Of a DNA stretch of 59,921 bases, positions 58,425-59,921 are shown piece by piece. Position numbers and translations under genes: made by a program. This DNA is from a virus. Location of the stretch: positions 1-59,921 of the IMG/VR virus record IMGVR_UViG_3300032080_000006. One strand, given 5' to 3'. Below the pieces are notes generated by a model. It did not search any database and was not told the DNA's origin. It was given only the letters and a program-made list of their open reading frames with translations. Every line of letters begins with the position of its first letter. Position 1 is the stretch's first letter.

Positions 58425-59320
58425 TGGACCCCAAATACGCACGTGAATCTCTTGCTGCAGAGTTCGACAAGGACGAAGTGACTGCCGCCGCCGCGCGTCG
58501 TCTGCGTAACAACAACGAAACCCCGGTTGAAGCCGCGGCTTTGAACCTCATCCTGTCACTTCATAAGGCCTTGCATGCGGTACGTCTGCGTATCATGTTC
58601 ATGGAATGGCCTGCCGAAGCAATGTGGCAACCGACACCTGGATATTGGGTTCCGGACTGGCGATACGAATGCCAACTGGTCGAGAACGCATTGTTCGGCA
58701 TACCCATCCACACAGCCGAAAAGCCGACCGATACCGTTCCAGCCAATCAAGTGGTGGGCCAGTTCTATGTCAGCGAGTACCTTCAGCGCAAAATCGTCGA
58801 CGGCGTTGCCGAAGTCTCGCTCAACCGTAATGCACTGACGGACTGGCCCGACTGGGCGCAAGAGTTTCAGCGCAATCTGTTCGCGCCCGGCGTGAAATTG
58901 CCTTCGGAAACCAAGCGTGAAGTGACTGAAGGTTTGGCGGCCATGCGGCCGCGGATCGTGGCCGCGATCGAACGCATCACCTCTGGTCACGGATGCATGC
59001 GCATTCCTGCCGAGCCGAATGACCCGGACCTGGTGTTGAGCGATATTCTCAACATCATTGATGGTCGCGAGATCAAACCAACCGTTGCCGGCGACGTTGC
59101 ACCTGTGGATGCGTTGCAAAAGCTGGTCAACACTACCATTGCGCACCACTTCTACGCTCCAACTGACCCGGATTGCCCGAAGGCGCTCCTGGATAGCAAC
59201 GGCGACATGGTCTTGGCCATGTGTCGTGTTTGTGGCCAAGCCGAAGGTGACCTGGAGGAAAAGTGCCCGGGTCCGAATCCGGATGACGGCTACGGTTCTG
59301 ATTTCGCCACTGCGAGCTGA
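58424..59320 (+). CDS. Hypothetical protein (298 aa) with a C-terminal Cys cluster
   Basis: Long ORF with plausible composition. MCRVCGQAEGDLEEKCPG lies near the C-terminus. Confidence 0.65.
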   Translation: MDPKYARESLAAEFDKDEVTAAAARRLRNNNETPVEAAALNLILSLHKALHAVRLRIMFMEWPAEAMWQPTPGYWVPDWRYECQLVENALFGIPIHTAEKPTDTVPANQVVGQFYVSEYLQRKIVDGVAEVSLNRNALTDWPDWAQEFQRNLFAPGVKLPSETKREVTEGLAAMRPRIVAAIERITSGHGCMRIPAEPNDPDLVLSDILNIIDGREIKPTVAGDVAPVDALQKLVNTTIAHHFYAPTDPDCPKALLDSNGDMVLAMCRVCGQAEGDLEEKCPGPNPDDGYGSDFATAS

Positions 59321-59322
59321 CC

Positions 59323-59580
59323 ATGGCCAACCACGTGACCATCCGCAAAGCAGCGCGCGCGAAGAACTTCGTGGCCATCCTGTCGGTGATGGAGGAGGTC
59401 ACGTGGAACGTGCAGGACTACCGGCGCCTCTACAAGCAGCACTTCGGTGTCTCGCTCACCACCTTCATCGCGCAGACGCACATCGACCTGGGCGCCGAGC
59501 AGGGCCTGGTCGAGATCTGCGAACCCGGCAATGCACGGCGCCATCCGAAGTACCGCGAGAAACGGACGGCGCCGCAATGA
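59323..59580 (+). CDS. Hypothetical protein (85 aa)
   Basis: MANHVTIRKAARAKNFVAIL; the stop overlaps the next ATG (ATGA). Confidence 0.55.
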   Translation: MANHVTIRKAARAKNFVAILSVMEEVTWNVQDYRRLYKQHFGVSLTTFIAQTHIDLGAEQGLVEICEPGNARRHPKYREKRTAPQ

Positions 59581-59921
59581 GATTCACCGCTGATGACTGG
59601 CACCTGGCCGCGCGAGTTGCGACCGGGATCGATCCACGTAAGATCAGGCAGCCCACCACTCCCGAAGGAAGCCCTCGTCCAATGAAGGACTACAGCCGCG
59701 TCACCATCTATGTGAGCCTGCCGCGCACTCGATCGCAGTGGATGGCCAACTTCTACAGCTACGCCACCCACTCGTGGCACGATCCGCTGAAGGATTGCTC
59801 GCACCCCGGCGAACTGGTCGACCGCATCGACGACTGGCTGAAGCGCTATCACGAAAGCACTCGCCTGTTCATCGCCGACACCGCGTTCCTGCTGTTCCGC
59901 GACTACCTCGTGGGGCGCATG
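59577..59921 (+). CDS. 5' part of the junction-spanning gene, which continues at 2-454
   Basis: ATG 59577 overlaps the upstream stop. It is open to the window end and in phase with the ORF at the window start. SLPRTRSQW is encoded near 59715. Confidence 0.7.
   Translation, partial: MRFTADDWHLAARVATGIDPRKIRQPTTPEGSPRPMKDYSRVTIYVSLPRTRSQWMANFYSYATHSWHDPLKDCSHPGELVDRIDDWLKRYHESTRLFIADTAFLLFRDYLVGRM
59795..59921. repeat. Terminal redundancy copy 2 (identical to 1-127)
   Basis: Same 127 nt as the window start. Confidence 0.95.

Noticed and set aside
1-59921. A search for tRNA/tmRNA genes, integrase/excisionase or CI-type repressor, transposases, a reverse transcriptase (DGR/retron), and thymidine-hypermodification or 7-deazaguanine genes
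   Set aside because: I saw no cloverleaf-compatible sequence in the non-coding gaps. No ORF showed tyrosine or serine recombinase, RT (YxDD), radical-SAM (CxxxCxxC), QueC/D/E or DpdA-like motifs. This absence is by eye only and should be confirmed with tRNAscan-SE and HMM searches.

Overview
This window is a complete, circularly closed dsDNA tailed-phage genome. Bases 1-127 are identical to 59795-59921, so the unique length is 59,794 bp. It is high-GC by eye, has about 90 tightly packed genes, and I found no tRNA, rRNA, CRISPR array, integrase or transposase.

Gene layout:
- A roughly 40-kb leftward (minus-strand) gene train runs from 40458 down to 693. It starts with replication genes: PD-(D/E)XK/Cas4-like nuclease, gp2.5/DUF2815-like SSB, family-B-like DNA polymerase, C5 DNA methyltransferase, VRR-NUC and SNF2 helicase.
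- It continues with lambda-type packaging and head genes: TerS, gpA-like TerL, gpW, portal, S49 protease/scaffold, gpD-like decoration protein and gpE-like major capsid.
- Next comes a siphovirus-type tail: FII/Z/U-like neck proteins, tube, G/GT chaperones with an A7 slippery site, a 1503-aa tape measure, a BR0599/gpL-like tip protein, a J-like protein and several fibres.
- An endolysin/holin cassette sits inside the fibre genes, and the Rz/Rz1-type spanins lie at the far end of the train.
- A second leftward operon of small early genes occupies 49679-43647.
- Two rightward units complete the map: 40594-43459 (HTH regulator plus Prim-Pol/helicase) and 50158 through the contig join to 654 (RdgC-like, DnaQ-like exonuclease, ThyX-like, dNMP kinase, MazG, CCA-adding-type nucleotidyltransferase and many unknowns).
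- Spanins imply a Gram-negative host. No lysogeny genes were recognised.

Observations most worth a second look:
1. An acidic C-terminal D/E-x-E-L tail recurs on at least 11 unrelated proteins.
2. A 420-bp non-coding gap in the replication module is built from nested long inverted repeats.
3. A roughly 700-bp non-coding region has an AT-rich core plus a strand-asymmetric CACCC-box/G-quadruplex tract. It is a candidate ori or cos.
4. A family of promoters shares conserved spacer sequence.
5. CTTACTT boxes sit in the divergent control region.
6. Identical gene-boundary cassettes and identical terminators recur at separate sites.
7. A promoter-driven MazG-to-nucleotidyltransferase operon stands alone.
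8. A junction-spanning protein has sulfotransferase-like PAPS-binding motifs and is translationally coupled to a DnaJ-type zinc-finger mini-protein.

All calls rest on by-eye motif and position reading. No database search was possible.
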